From assembly GCA_037447605.1 (NCBI GenBank), contig CM074805.1, forward strand, positions 963,361-1,027,360: a stretch of DNA of 64,000 bases. Direction: 5' to 3'. The position numbers and the translations under genes were made by a program. A model generated the notes under the pieces. It was not told the DNA's origin. It worked only from the letters and a program-made list of their open reading frames with translations, and did not search any database. Origin of the DNA: Zygnema circumcarinatum SAG 698-1b. Its lineage: Eukaryota > Plantae > Zygnematophyceae. Below are positions 1 to 11,101 of this stretch, one piece after another (position 1 is the first letter of the stretch; every line of letters begins with the position of its first letter).

Positions 1-454
1 AGGACAAGCGATCACACGTCAGACTACCCAAACTTCTTGATTTTACCTTTGTGGGTACAACATGAAAGCTAAGGGCAACATGCCTTTTTGTGTACTTTTT
101 GGGTGAAACAAGCGAACGTAGTGAGCGCCGGTGCTAATCAAATCTTATTTGAACAAAGGCCCCCTTTAGGAAGCTGGGAGTCAAAGCAGCCAACAACGCT
201 CTAGTTGATTCAACATAATAGACTCAACACAAGACGATTGTTAACACTCCAAAAGCAATTGCCTTTTCTGCAACGCGTATCGCGCCGAAAGGTGAATCCA
301 GTGTGTTTTGTTTTCACGACAGGCTATGGTTCTCTGTTTATTAAGCTAGAGTTAGTCGTGTCCGTTTCTTAGCGAAGTTCTGCTAAGTCTACTAGCGCTA
401 TTTGTATTGTATTCTAAGCGCTGAGCTTGTTGATGGGTGTTTCGTCGGTCGCCC
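1..454 (-). other. 5' part of a mitochondrial group II intron (position atp6i439), truncated by the window edge
   Basis: Starts GGGCGACC (variant of the GUGYG group II 5' end) exactly 439 nt after the atp6 ATG at 893. Non-coding, with organelle-like composition. Domains V/VI are outside the window. Confidence 0.8.
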
Positions 455-893
455 AACTGAAGAAATGAAGCCCGTGAGTTTGAAATCCTACTAGAGTAAC
501 ACCTATAAATAGAGAAAAAGCTAAACCTAGTGTAATGATAAAATGACTTGTTACTGTAAAACTATATGGAATCATACCAATAAGGTTACAAAACAGTAAA
601 AAGCTAAAAGTAGTAAATATCAGTGGAAAGAAGCGTTGTTTCACCGAAGTTGGTCCACTGATTTGTTCATTCACTAAGTTGAGCACAAAATCATAGAGAA
701 TTTCGACAAAGGACTGCCAAGCATTTGGCACTAAGTAGCCCCCTTTCAGAGTAACAAAATGAAACAAAAGCAATACGAAACTTATAGTTAATACCATAAA
801 CAAAGATGAGTTTGTAAATGAAAGATATAGGTTTCCTATATGTATAGGAATGAAAGGAATAATAGCAAATTGCTCTAGTGGGCTAAACACCAT
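455..893 (-). CDS. atp6: Mitochondrial-type ATP synthase subunit a, exon 1 (146 codons + 1 nt); NUMT or mis-joined mtDNA
   Basis: MVFSPLEQFAII...VPNAWQS...NLIGMIPYSFTVTSH...GFQTHGLHFFS is plant-type Atp6. AT-rich. Homology stops abruptly at 455, where GGGCG begins. Confidence 0.95.
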
Positions 894-1498
894 GATCAAT
901 TTTCGTTTTCTAAGTATGTGCAAGCGCCGAAATCGCACTGCTTTGCGATTCGCTAAAATCTCATTGTTGATCGGTGGACCCAAGGAAGACTCAAATTGAA
1001 CACAAACAATTATTAATTGTTCAGTGTTGAATTGGTTCTCCATGAAAATTGTATTGAGAAAAAAAATAGGAATTCGTTTCTCATTTCTCAAAATGAATTT
1101 TGCTCACAAATACATTGGTTTTTTTTTCTTAGAAACTGGTTTTGAAAGGGTTTGTTTTTTTTTTTTTTTTGAGAAGCCAAAATCTTGCACGATTTACAGT
1201 CCACTTTGACCGTCCGATGACTGTCAGGCCTCATCCGACGGTCCGAGTGCGTCAGACGACTTTCTGTCGAATCGGGTGTCAGACTTCAGAAAATTCTCAA
1301 GTACGTACTGACGAAGAAACGTCCTTCAGAAGGATACCAAAACGAGTACTCGGTGCACTCAGGGGACATCGCGTCCGCCCGCATAAAAAGTACTCCGTAG
1401 TCCGTACAAAAGGACTTCAGTTGTTCCGTACGACAGCATTGAACAAAGTATCGTCCGTATATACCGTACAAGCTTGACAGCGCTGAACGCTGCCGTAC

Positions 1499-1590
1499 AA
1501 AACCCTAAACCTTACACCCTTACCTCTTGCCCATGGCCCCTGACATCTAACCACTCAACCCTAAACCTTTAGCCCTAAACCCTAACCTTG
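1499..1590 (+). repeat. Degenerate interstitial telomere-like (CCCTAAA) repeats
   Basis: aaccctaaac, accctaaacc, gccctaaaccctaacc. Confidence 0.7.
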
Positions 1591-3223
1591 CGAACCTTCC
1601 TCACCATTTGAGCCGTTTGGACCCCTCTCTGGGAGTGGACCGACCGCTGCACGGAGTGCACTGTTTGCAGACAAATCGTTGAGCGAGCAAAGCCCTCTGT
1701 GGAGGACCATGTTTCTGCCCAGAAACATTCATCGCTTGAAAAAGCTCTACAAGAACCACAGAAGGTTTTCAGGAAAATATATATATTCACACATCAGAAT
1801 GTCAAGTTTAACGTCTGACAAAATGCTGGTGTCGAAACACCAGCATTTAAGTCAACACAATACGCTCCCGCATAAAAATCTCTTTGAACTGTTCCAATAG
1901 TTTAAGACTGAGGGTTCCATTGTCTTCAAAACCTCGGTTTCTGAGATGTCTTAGTGAGCTGGACCCTGCAGAAAAGCTGACAAAGTCATGAGCATACACT
2001 TATTTAAAGGAACCATGAATCATGGCCTGCTCTTAGCATGACATGTAGATGCTGAACACATGCTAGCATGTCCATACCCCAACATGCACGCTTCACATGC
2101 TTGCATACTGGCAGGTTCCATTTAGTGCCTTCCTGGCGTGCTACATTTCAAAGTGGTAGAGCCTCATCAAGCCTCCCAGTCAGCGCCCGCCATGTGGTAA
2201 AACGAATTTTCCAGAGTTCCACCCACTAATCATTCCCACCGCCACAGCAACCCACCGTGCCATTCGCCATGCTCTAAACAGAGCAAAGTGCGGGAGTTGA
2301 AGCGACAACCACTACAATCATATTGGCGTATTCGCAAATACCTTTCGCGAATGTATGAGGGTAATCCGCCGTCTAAGTAAAGTCGCCATTTGTTCATTTC
2401 CCAAGATATTCGTCAGCAACTCAAAGAAACCACCGCAAAATTTTGCACCGTATCCTCACAGGCCCTACCTCAGCATAGATCCCAACTGCATCCCCACATA
2501 CTACCCCCATTACAGCTTTCCCCTTGTGAGGTAATCCCACGCGCACATGTCATCCCATATCCCTCGCAGGACTCCCAACAAGAAGACGCATGGATTCATC
2601 GGTCCCATGTACAACACATCCTCTAGAGTGAGCAGCATCACTTTAATCGTATGCCACACAGCCGTTCGGCAATCAGGGCCCACTGAAACGTCCATCCAAA
2701 GCTGTGGTTCTATTAATGTCCCCAGATGTTATTCCCAGATCCAAGAGCGGGACTGTATGCTATGTTCCACATCAGGTTCTGCAAGCTCGTGACCCCTGTA
2801 GGAGCCTGCCTACAGCTACAGCGTTAGTCGTAGTATGCAGGAGGCGAATGGCCACGAGGAGGTCCATGCCAATTGGGTCCTCCTCTTGGGGGGAACCTGC
2901 ATGGCAGTTTGTCTAGGAATTAGCAAGCAATAAGCAAAGACATAGAAGACAAGCTGCTAACTTGCCCGTTTTGCACGTATCTGCTAGCATATGTCCCCTG
3001 TGGTTCGCCAGAAAAGGCAGAGAAAACCTGCGGGACCTCAGTCACGATTTCCTGTCTAAACAAATATGAACATCCCGCATCAGGACGACATGTACATGCG
3101 GACCGCGCCCTACTTTCTGAGGAAAATGACACGAGTACTGAACAAAAGACAAATTAAGCTCCTCAAATAGAGTGCAGAGACTTTCAAGACATCGTTCCAG
3201 CAGCTTCAATAATTTTCCCAAAC

Positions 3224-6200
3224 TCAAACATACCCACGAGGTGGCGCTTCACTTGCATATGGCGCGGACCCCCTCTCCGGCATCCGGTGGTAGTCCCCAT
3301 GGTCTGGAGGGGGTGATACATTGCGGCGATAGGGTGGAGACCTTTCGCCCCGGTAAGGGGGAGGGGAGCGATCTCCTCGGTAAGGGGCTCTCTCCCCTCT
3401 GTAGGGGGGAGGCGAACGATCTGCTCCATATGGAGGGCTGCGACGACCGCGGTAAGGGGGGGGTGAGCGGCCGCGAGGTGGAGGAGACGGAGACCTGAGC
3501 AGGCAGGGGAGAGAAACGAAACGGCTTAGAAAAACAGCGGAAATGGCGAGCTGGGACACAGGTGGATGAAGTGGAAAGGCAGTGTGCGACCAGTATCAAT
3601 AACCTTGTGGTAGATTGAACACGAGTGTGCACTGCCATTGGTAACCGTCCAGTGCCTACCATCTTGGTGACTTACAGTTCATTTCTACCCATGTTTACTC
3701 ACAAACTCTAAAAATACCGGCAGGTCAGCCGAGGAACGAAAGGTGAAGCCAACAAACCATTCAAGTCATTCACTAGTAGAAGGCATCAATGAACGGACAC
3801 ACACGGCTGCTAAAACGAATTCGACTATCGAAACCTCTCAGTCTGAAGCTCGATTCTTGATCAGGCAATCAGGATATCTTACCTGTAACGACTGCTCACC
3901 CGAGGAGGAGGCGAATATCCACGCACAGGTGACCTAGAGTAGGATCTGGCTGCTGGAAGCATCCAGAAAGAACAAACAGAAAAATGAGACGACAAACGTA
4001 AGCCATGTCTAAGTTGAAAAAGGATAAACAAACAACTCAGATAAGGCTGACGGAGACAATGTAGCAAATGTAGGCGGTCCAAGGGAGAAAGCCTCAAGCA
4101 TCTTGTCCATTTCCTTCTTTTTTTTTGTTCAACAAGCCACTCTTGAAAATTGCCCTAGACGCTTCTAAAGGAAATAGAACATAAGCAAACAAGGCTAGTG
4201 TCCTTGCCACGAGCCAGGTAGATTCAAGCGAGACACATATGGCCATACACAGCGAAAACTCTTATCAATAATAAGCCATTCACAACATCATAATTCAGCA
4301 GAGAAAGGGCGAAGTGATGTGGACTTACAACGGAAGGAATGAGGCGGAGGCGAACGCCGGCGTCCCACGTACCCGCCTCCATAGCGAGGTCTGTCAACAG
4401 AAAGGAAATGAAACGTGGAAGATGACACGAGGTTACATCCATTGATTACGCCCAAGTTCCTGAGTGTGAACCTTGCTGAAACATTCCAGTATGACGTAGA
4501 AGTGACCATAGAATGAATCTACTTCGTCATAAGTTAAACACACCACAGCCATCTGTCTGCTGATGAATTCAGAAGTCTAACTAACCTCGCCACTCGGTCT
4601 CTTGCGCGCATATCCTGCGGCCGCTTGCGGTTCTCTTCAGCAAACACAACAGTAATCTCACGTCCGCTTATCAACGATCGGTCCAGCGCCTGCTGTGCAG
4701 CTTTTGCATCTTCCCCGTTTATAAACTGCAAACCAGAATCCCCATTATCCAAGCTTGAGTTCCGTCTCAACTAAACAAGAAAACGGAAGAAAAAATGGAA
4801 CCAACGACCCAAAAATACACTTGATTTTCATCAAGAACGGTTGGAACTGAAGTATTAACAACACAACCTGTTATAGTATCAAAAGACAAGGCAAAACTTA
4901 AGTCGTCCATACCTGGACAAAGCCAAATCCCCGAGGTTCTCTGCAAACACAACATGCACTCAAAGAAAACCTCAGCAACTCCGCAACAATGGCTGACTTT
5001 CGGCCTTGTCAGAGAAGTGACCATCAATCAACAGGGAATTAATCACACGTGAGTCTGTCAGGATAAAATTGTCAGCCATAAGACCAGGTAAACCGATCAT
5101 CGAGAAAATCCATGACCGTCATAACTTGAGCCCTATTGGGACCTTGGTTCACCTGAGAAATCCTTGATCTTGAGACTTGAGAGTCAATCCAACTTGTACA
5201 CCCATATGTTTCCTTGCTGCGAAACATCACTTCAATTGACTCGTCTTTGGTACCATCAGATTATGATCTGCTTGCTTCATCCGAGCTTCCATCAAACAGC
5301 CTTGAGACAGATCTTCAACCGCCGAACCGCCTGCTTGAACATGGGACTCTATCGTGAAAGGACGAGCTCCCCAACATAATCATATTCTTTCTTGGAACAA
5401 ACTCTTTCCTAAACATAGTTGCGACCACCAAATCAAATCGATCTCTCGGACATGAGCACAATCTTCTGTGCGCAGGAAAGGAGCACCAACATCTTCCTCT
5501 TCTTCTTCACATCCTCATCTTCTTCTTCAAAATCTTCCTCTTTCCTACCATTGGTCAACCAATGGTAAGCCAAGTGTCAGGAAGCAAGCACATAAAGGAA
5601 AATGAAAGTCCTAGTCCATGTGACAACACGTATCTTCCTTGTGTATAATATATTTGAATGCGCTGTTTCTTTCAGTAGCAATCTTGTAGAATCCGCTGAC
5701 GATATGATATGCAGCATAGTACTGTGAACATTCTCCACTAAAATCATGTGATAAATTAACTCCACAATTCGACAGCACTAGCTAAATATCTGAGGGCTAT
5801 CTAATTTAAAGCTGACTCTATACCACGTACACGACTAGGAAAAAATCAGCAAACCCCATGACCGTAATCAGTCAACAGGATGAAGACAACAACCATGATG
5901 GACTTTCCAGTAAGAGGTCGATGGAGGTGATATTCAGCCATGAGAACTCACTGCGTATAGAAATCTTTCGGCAGATAAACATCCTTCACTTGTCCATACT
6001 GTTCGAATGGAGCACGGAGGTCCTCCGGCCTGCATAGCCACAGACAAGACAAGATACTGCTAGTTCAGCTTGCAGCCACGAGAGCGAACTCTGCCCCTTG
6101 CTAAAACGACACACAAGGGAATATAAAAAAATATTCCAACTATTCATGACCTGCAGACAAGGTCCAGATAACGACACGAAGAAAGAGCCTACATCTACAT

Positions 6201-6663
6201 GAACATTGTTAACTGAAAAAAAATGTCCATTCCACAATTTCCACCGCTTATTCTGGAAAGAATTCGATTTATTCGACAACCAAACTTCCGCAAACTCGAG
6301 ACCTGAATTTGCACTCTTTTCTCCAAAGATTCCATGACTGGTCTATGAAGTTAAAACCAGACGGTGCCACAATTTGAACACAGACTAGATACAAACTGCT
6401 CGTTGCAAGTCAATACTGGACTCTTCACAGCTGTCGGTTCCAGCAATTACAAAAGTTATTGCCCTCAACTTGAATATCTAATATGTACAGTAAAGTGCTG
6501 ACCTTGAGTCGCGAGGAATATTCCGCACCAACAGACTCGTCCGATCTTCCTCCTCCGTCTCCCTCCCCTCCCGCTCCTCCCTCCTCTGCCCTCTATCGTT
6601 CGGGCTCCTCCCACGACGAGGGCTTTCCCCTCGTTGCGGACTATAGCTCCCACTCCGAGGCAT
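3224..6663 (-). CDS. SC35-like (SCL subfamily) SR splicing factor, 7 coding exons
   Basis: Exons ~6663-6503 (MPRSGSYSP...TSLLVRNIPRDS), 6029-5952 (PEDLRAPFEQYGQVKDVYLPKDFYT), 4940-4913 (EPRGFGFVQ, RNP1), 4725-4586 (ITVVFAEENRKRPQDM), 4390-4329, ~3949-3883, 3494-3224 (RSPPPYRG repeats). The N-terminal charged extension plus RRM ending FAEENRK.P..M is the SCL signature. Confidence 0.92.
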
Positions 6664-6750
6664 GCCGACTTCCTGTGCCTTCGCTACCTCTCTGCTTCCT
6701 TTGCTCCCTCTCTCCTGGTGATGGCTCTCCCGCTGCCCGGAAGTGGAAGC

Positions 6751-6818
6751 TGCTGTGTGCGGGAGCGAGAGTGGTGCTGTGTGCGGGAGCGAGGGAGGTG
6801 CTGTCTGCGGAAGCGGGG
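6751..6818 (+). repeat. 24-bp tandem repeat x3 upstream of the SCL start
   Basis: tgctgtgtgcgggagcgag recurs at 24-bp spacing; the third copy is diverged. Confidence 0.8.
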
Positions 6819-6855
6819 AAGCAGGAGGGCTTGCAGATGCGCTGTGCCAGAGGTC

Positions 6856-7103
6856 GGACCATTGGATCAACCATTGCAATGGTTGCGAACCATTGGATCC
6901 CGAGCCAGCCAACAATTGCCAATGGTTGCCAACCTTTGGATACAATAATTGCCAACCATTGCATTCAATCATTGCCAACCATTGCAGTCAATCATTGCAT
7001 TCAATGCTGCCAACCATTGCCAATGATCGCGACCATTGGATCGTCCAACAATTACCATCCAACGGTTGTCCAATGGTTTGAACCAACCATTGCAATGGGT
7101 TGC
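6856..7103. repeat. Degenerate AACCATTGC/CAATGGTT minisatellite with internal palindromes
   Basis: Many CCATTG/CAATGG/CAATTG/TCATTG units in both orientations, including aaccattgcaatggtt. Confidence 0.8.
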
Positions 7104-7785
7104 GTTGCATGGGATAGGCAGCCTGTGTTGTGTGACTGGTCCGAGTTCACTGCTAGTAACCGGCATTCCGTGAGCCGCAATACAGCCGGGAGGGGCAAAT
7201 GCGGGTGTAGGTTTCCGAGTTCCACTCCACATAGCTTCTCCTCTTGGAAAACGAAGCAGGAAAAAGAACCTGAAGAATCTACTATTCGCGAAAGGTTGAA
7301 TATCGCGAGGAGAGGAACTCGGCCTTAGCACGTGACTCAGCTGTTCTGCATGAGCTGCTTGCCCCGAAACCATTGAAAAACTATCGGCCGCTTCATCCCT
7401 GGACTTCAAAAGGAATGAAGGGAGATTCACCTCAAAGAGGCCGAAAGACGTGTGTGTTCTTGAAGTTGAGCCATGTTATAATCGCATACTTGCTGAGACC
7501 CCGCTGCTTAAACTACCTTTTGATATTCTTTCGAACCCTAATGGCAAAGTGAGTATCACAACAGCACAGAAATAATGGCACACCATGTCCAAATGGAGTC
7601 TCATAAACAAAAACCTTGTGACATAGGCCATGGGAAGCATGAACCTATGGAGGGTCTCTCCGAATTAATCATCATATTGTAAAGTTACACAGTAGCCTCA
7701 ACGCATACACAATGACTTCCATGACCTGTACAAAGGATAAGGATATGCATTTACAGTGAGCCAGGGGCCGGCGAAGGCCCCAGAG

Positions 7786-9625
7786 TTAAGAGCCTATCCG
7801 CGACAGCCCTGCGGCGATGCGGAGCTGCGTGCGCCGGTGGTAAGTCAGGCGAAGCTTCCGATACTTCTGCAGGAACTCACCGACCTCCACTTCCCCGGCA
7901 AGAAACTTGCTGTGAAGCTCTTCCGATTCATCGTCCACTTTCTGGGCAACGGCTGCAGGCCAACCTCAGGTTCCAGTGTCAGGAACAAAGTTGTCCCTGC
8001 ATAACACTGCTATATACACCGCCAGACATTGAGCAGGTGAAGCAACTCGAAGCCTATAGCACTTTATATCAAAACGTTCGCCGTTCCTCGATCTTGTATG
8101 GTTGCAGGGTGTATGAGAACGCATCGGCTCATGCAAGTAGTCATATCGGAAGGGCTCGAATGGCAGAAGCTTGAGAGGCAATGAGAGCAGCACCTTGCAG
8201 GCGGTGGGCAAGCGCTGCGGGGGAGTAGTGCTGCATCAGCTCCTGCTCGCGCCGTTGGCACTCCTCCAGGCGTTCTCGGGCTGAGGCGAGCTCAGTGCCC
8301 CGGATGATGCGGCACTGCTTAAGAAGGCCCACGCATCACCTTGTCAGCTAAATTGCCCCTCCTAAAATAGTACAAAAGTTTTCATGCCAGGCATCTACAT
8401 CATAGCTTCAAGCATTGAATGTCGATAAAGCAAAACCAAGGAAAGAACACAACATGATTGAGATTAAGAAAGGGAAGCCTGTTCTAGGACAGATATGAAG
8501 TGAGTTAAAACAATACAAAGTGATAACATGCAAAGTGCTCTCTTACGCTCTCCTAGCGAAGGCTTGGGCGAATAGTGCCACGCTAAAGACAAGAAAAATC
8601 TCTCCGCACACCCACCCTATTCCTCCTCATGCGCCCAATTGCTGGCTGTAACATACCTGATTCTGGAGCTGCGAAATCTCCGACTCCTTTGAGAGATTAC
8701 GCTCTGTTCCATAGAAACCCTGATATTAGAGACTTTGAAAGATCAAACATAGCAAGATTCCATTCCCTGTCCTTATCAGAAGGGCCATGGAGAAACACTC
8801 AATCGTATCATGAACAATGGTCGAAAGAACGTACTGGAAAGTTCCAAGTTGCTCCTCCTTAGCTCATCGCGAACCTGCCAAGCATCACCACCATCTGCAT
8901 AATGAGCTTCGTGCACCATCATGCCATGAAGAGTACTTTCTATATGCTAACAAAGATGCCACCATCTGCAGACAAGCAAGTACGTAATATTCTAAAGTGA
9001 ACAAGAACCAAATGTCAGGATGATAACCACATGGGTGCACCTCATTCAACTGCCTGACAGGATCCAAGCTCGAAAGAAACGCCATGTACGACCCCTCATC
9101 CTGCATCAAGTTCCGTAGCTCTGCAGAGCTGGAGAAAGGGAGCGAAGAGATAGTGTAAAGCTGAAAGGGCTTACTGAGGATGAAGCACTGTCAGGCAAAC
9201 GGGACAAGGAGAAAGAAGGCTGCCTGTCAATTCTATTGAGGGACTGAGCAAGGCGTATGCAAGACATAAATGGCACTAAGAAATGCCATTACCAGGCTTC
9301 AAGTGACACCACCTCTAACGTTATCTAATAGTAATCCAAACTTCAGTTAACCAATCAAGGGTCCCGAACCTTCAGGTTGGGAACCAACCTGAGATCTTGG
9401 AGGATTGGAAAAGTAGACGGGATGGTCGGAACAGAAAATTGAGTTGCAAGAACGTTTCCCCCCCCATTGGGAGGAGAAGTTTGTTGGCTATTTGCTCCCC
9501 CAGCCGATGGATTTAAGGGGTTAGTCCCCGTGGCTGCACCACCAGGGAAGGCGTTTCTAGCAGCGTTTGCAGCAGATCCAAGCCATGAAAAGGGGTTCTG
9601 CGGAGGAGGAGGCTGAGACCCGCCC
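7786..9625 (-). CDS. VPS37: ESCRT-I subunit VPS37 (Mod(r) domain); first coding exon(s) unresolved, probably near 10.0-10.1 kb
   Basis: Spliced peptide FPILQDL/SSAELRNLMQDEGSYMAFLSSLDPVRQLNE/VRDELRRSNLELS/ERNLSKESEISQLQNQ/CRIIRGTELASARERL...YSPAALAHRLQ/AVAQKVDDESEELHSKFL...FLQKYRKLRLTYHRR matches plant VPS37. Confidence 0.9.
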
Positions 9626-10479
9626 CTGACAGGCAAAGTAAAGACGAGTAGGGTTTAAAAATAAGCAAAGGAGATTAGGGTGGAAAGGAAATAAAAAATA
9701 GCGGCCCCACTTCCAAGATGAATGAGTGGCAACAAATGATGACGTACGAAGCAGCAAACTTGCTGAATCATCATTATGACTTCACACGAAGAGATAGCAC
9801 AGGTCGTTCCCCTTTGTAAAGTATCACTAAACGCCCAGTAAAGTAAGAGGCATGCGACCATACTTAGATATGCGAAATTTAACGAAAATTTTCAAAAGCA
9901 TAGCAGCTTTTTCGACCCTGTTCAAGTTCTACCGGCTCTGGTGCAACAATGAACCTTACATCCTATAAACACCAGGTAAACTGCCAAAAAATGACCAATA
10001 TAGATACGCACTCCAACCTGCCCACTTGTTTTGCCCCTCTGTCCCAAACAAACAATCGTACTCCAACCTGCCCTAAAGCCAGGCATCTGAACCCTAAAGG
10101 TCGTTAACCACCCAAAACCGTCTGAAACCAAAATGGAAGACTCGGAGAAAGCCTTACGAGTGATTCCGAGGGTCCATGGCGCCCTTCCGCCGAGGCGCAA
10201 CGCGCGGCGAGACTCCTCAAGAGCAGCAGCCTTAGCAGCAGCCCCTTCCTTCCGCCATGGTTGCAAGCCCGAGCCTGCCTTCAAGCGCGTCCACGGATGT
10301 ACGGTCGGAGCTCCGTACCCCTCTGTACGAATGTACGGCCCCGATTGCGCTTTCCGTATTGTTCGTACGATTCGTACGAGTCTAATGTACGGCAGCACGT
10401 GCGAGGTGAGCCCCTGGGTCTGACCAGGGCGGAAGTGGAAGGCGGCGGTTGGGGGGCGGACTTAAGGGGGGGGGGGGGG

Positions 10480-10489
10480 NNNNNNNNNN
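10480..10489. other. Assembly gap inside a poly-G tract (second gap at 42627-42636 in poly-C)
   Basis: 10 N flanked by homopolymers. Confidence 0.95.
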
Positions 10490-11101
10490 GGGGGAGGGAG
10501 GGGGGGAGGGAGGGAGGCAGGAGGGGGCATGCAGGGATGGGGGATGGGAGAGCGGGGGCGCTGAATGCATCCATCCATCGGCTCGTCATTTTAATAGATG
10601 ATGATTTTTTGGTCTGTCCGCTGCACAATTCTGCTCATGTGCTACTTTTCTCAAGAAAAACTGCTCTTGCTGCGATAGAAATTGTAGGAAGTGCTGAGCA
10701 TTTAGGAAGCACTGTCTGTCTGCACGCTATGGTTGGAGAATAGCAGATCATTGCTGTATGGGGTTGAGTTTGAATCGTGTTGGCAAGAATTGCAACCACA
10801 ATGGCCGTTTATCATACTACTGTTTTCGGATGCTCCATAATGCCCGTCTCAAGTCGGAAAAGAAAAAACTGTAAACAGGCCTTACTTCTAGAGTATGAAG
10901 CTTCCAATTTTTAATCACAGTTCCATAGCGAATTAACACTCGTGGCATCAAATGGTGCTCTGCTTGTCCTTGGAGAAACCGACCCTGCTAAAGCTATCAT
11001 GACGCGTCATGATTCATGTCGGCTCTATGATGTCGAGAAGGAAACGCCGCCGAAGAATAGGGCGAGAAATCTTGATGCAAGCTGCATCCATACGCAGCTG
11101 A

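Noticed and set aside
894-1091. 66-aa N-terminal extension of atp6 in the ORF track
   Set aside because: Conserved Atp6 starts at MVFSPLEQF (893). The upstream part has no recognisable homology, and the 13-aa ORF tail is intron read-through.
6856-7103. CRISPR-like appearance of the repeat array
   Set aside because: No constant repeat with unique spacers, no cas genes, and a eukaryotic context.
6483-7328. 281-aa plus-strand ORF
   Set aside because: Antisense to SCL exon 1 and running through repeats; it stays open because of low-complexity sequence.
10068-10086. MPGFRA micro-exon as the VPS37 start
   Set aside because: Its phase-1 donor does not match the phase-2 acceptor at 9625, so the start is left unresolved.
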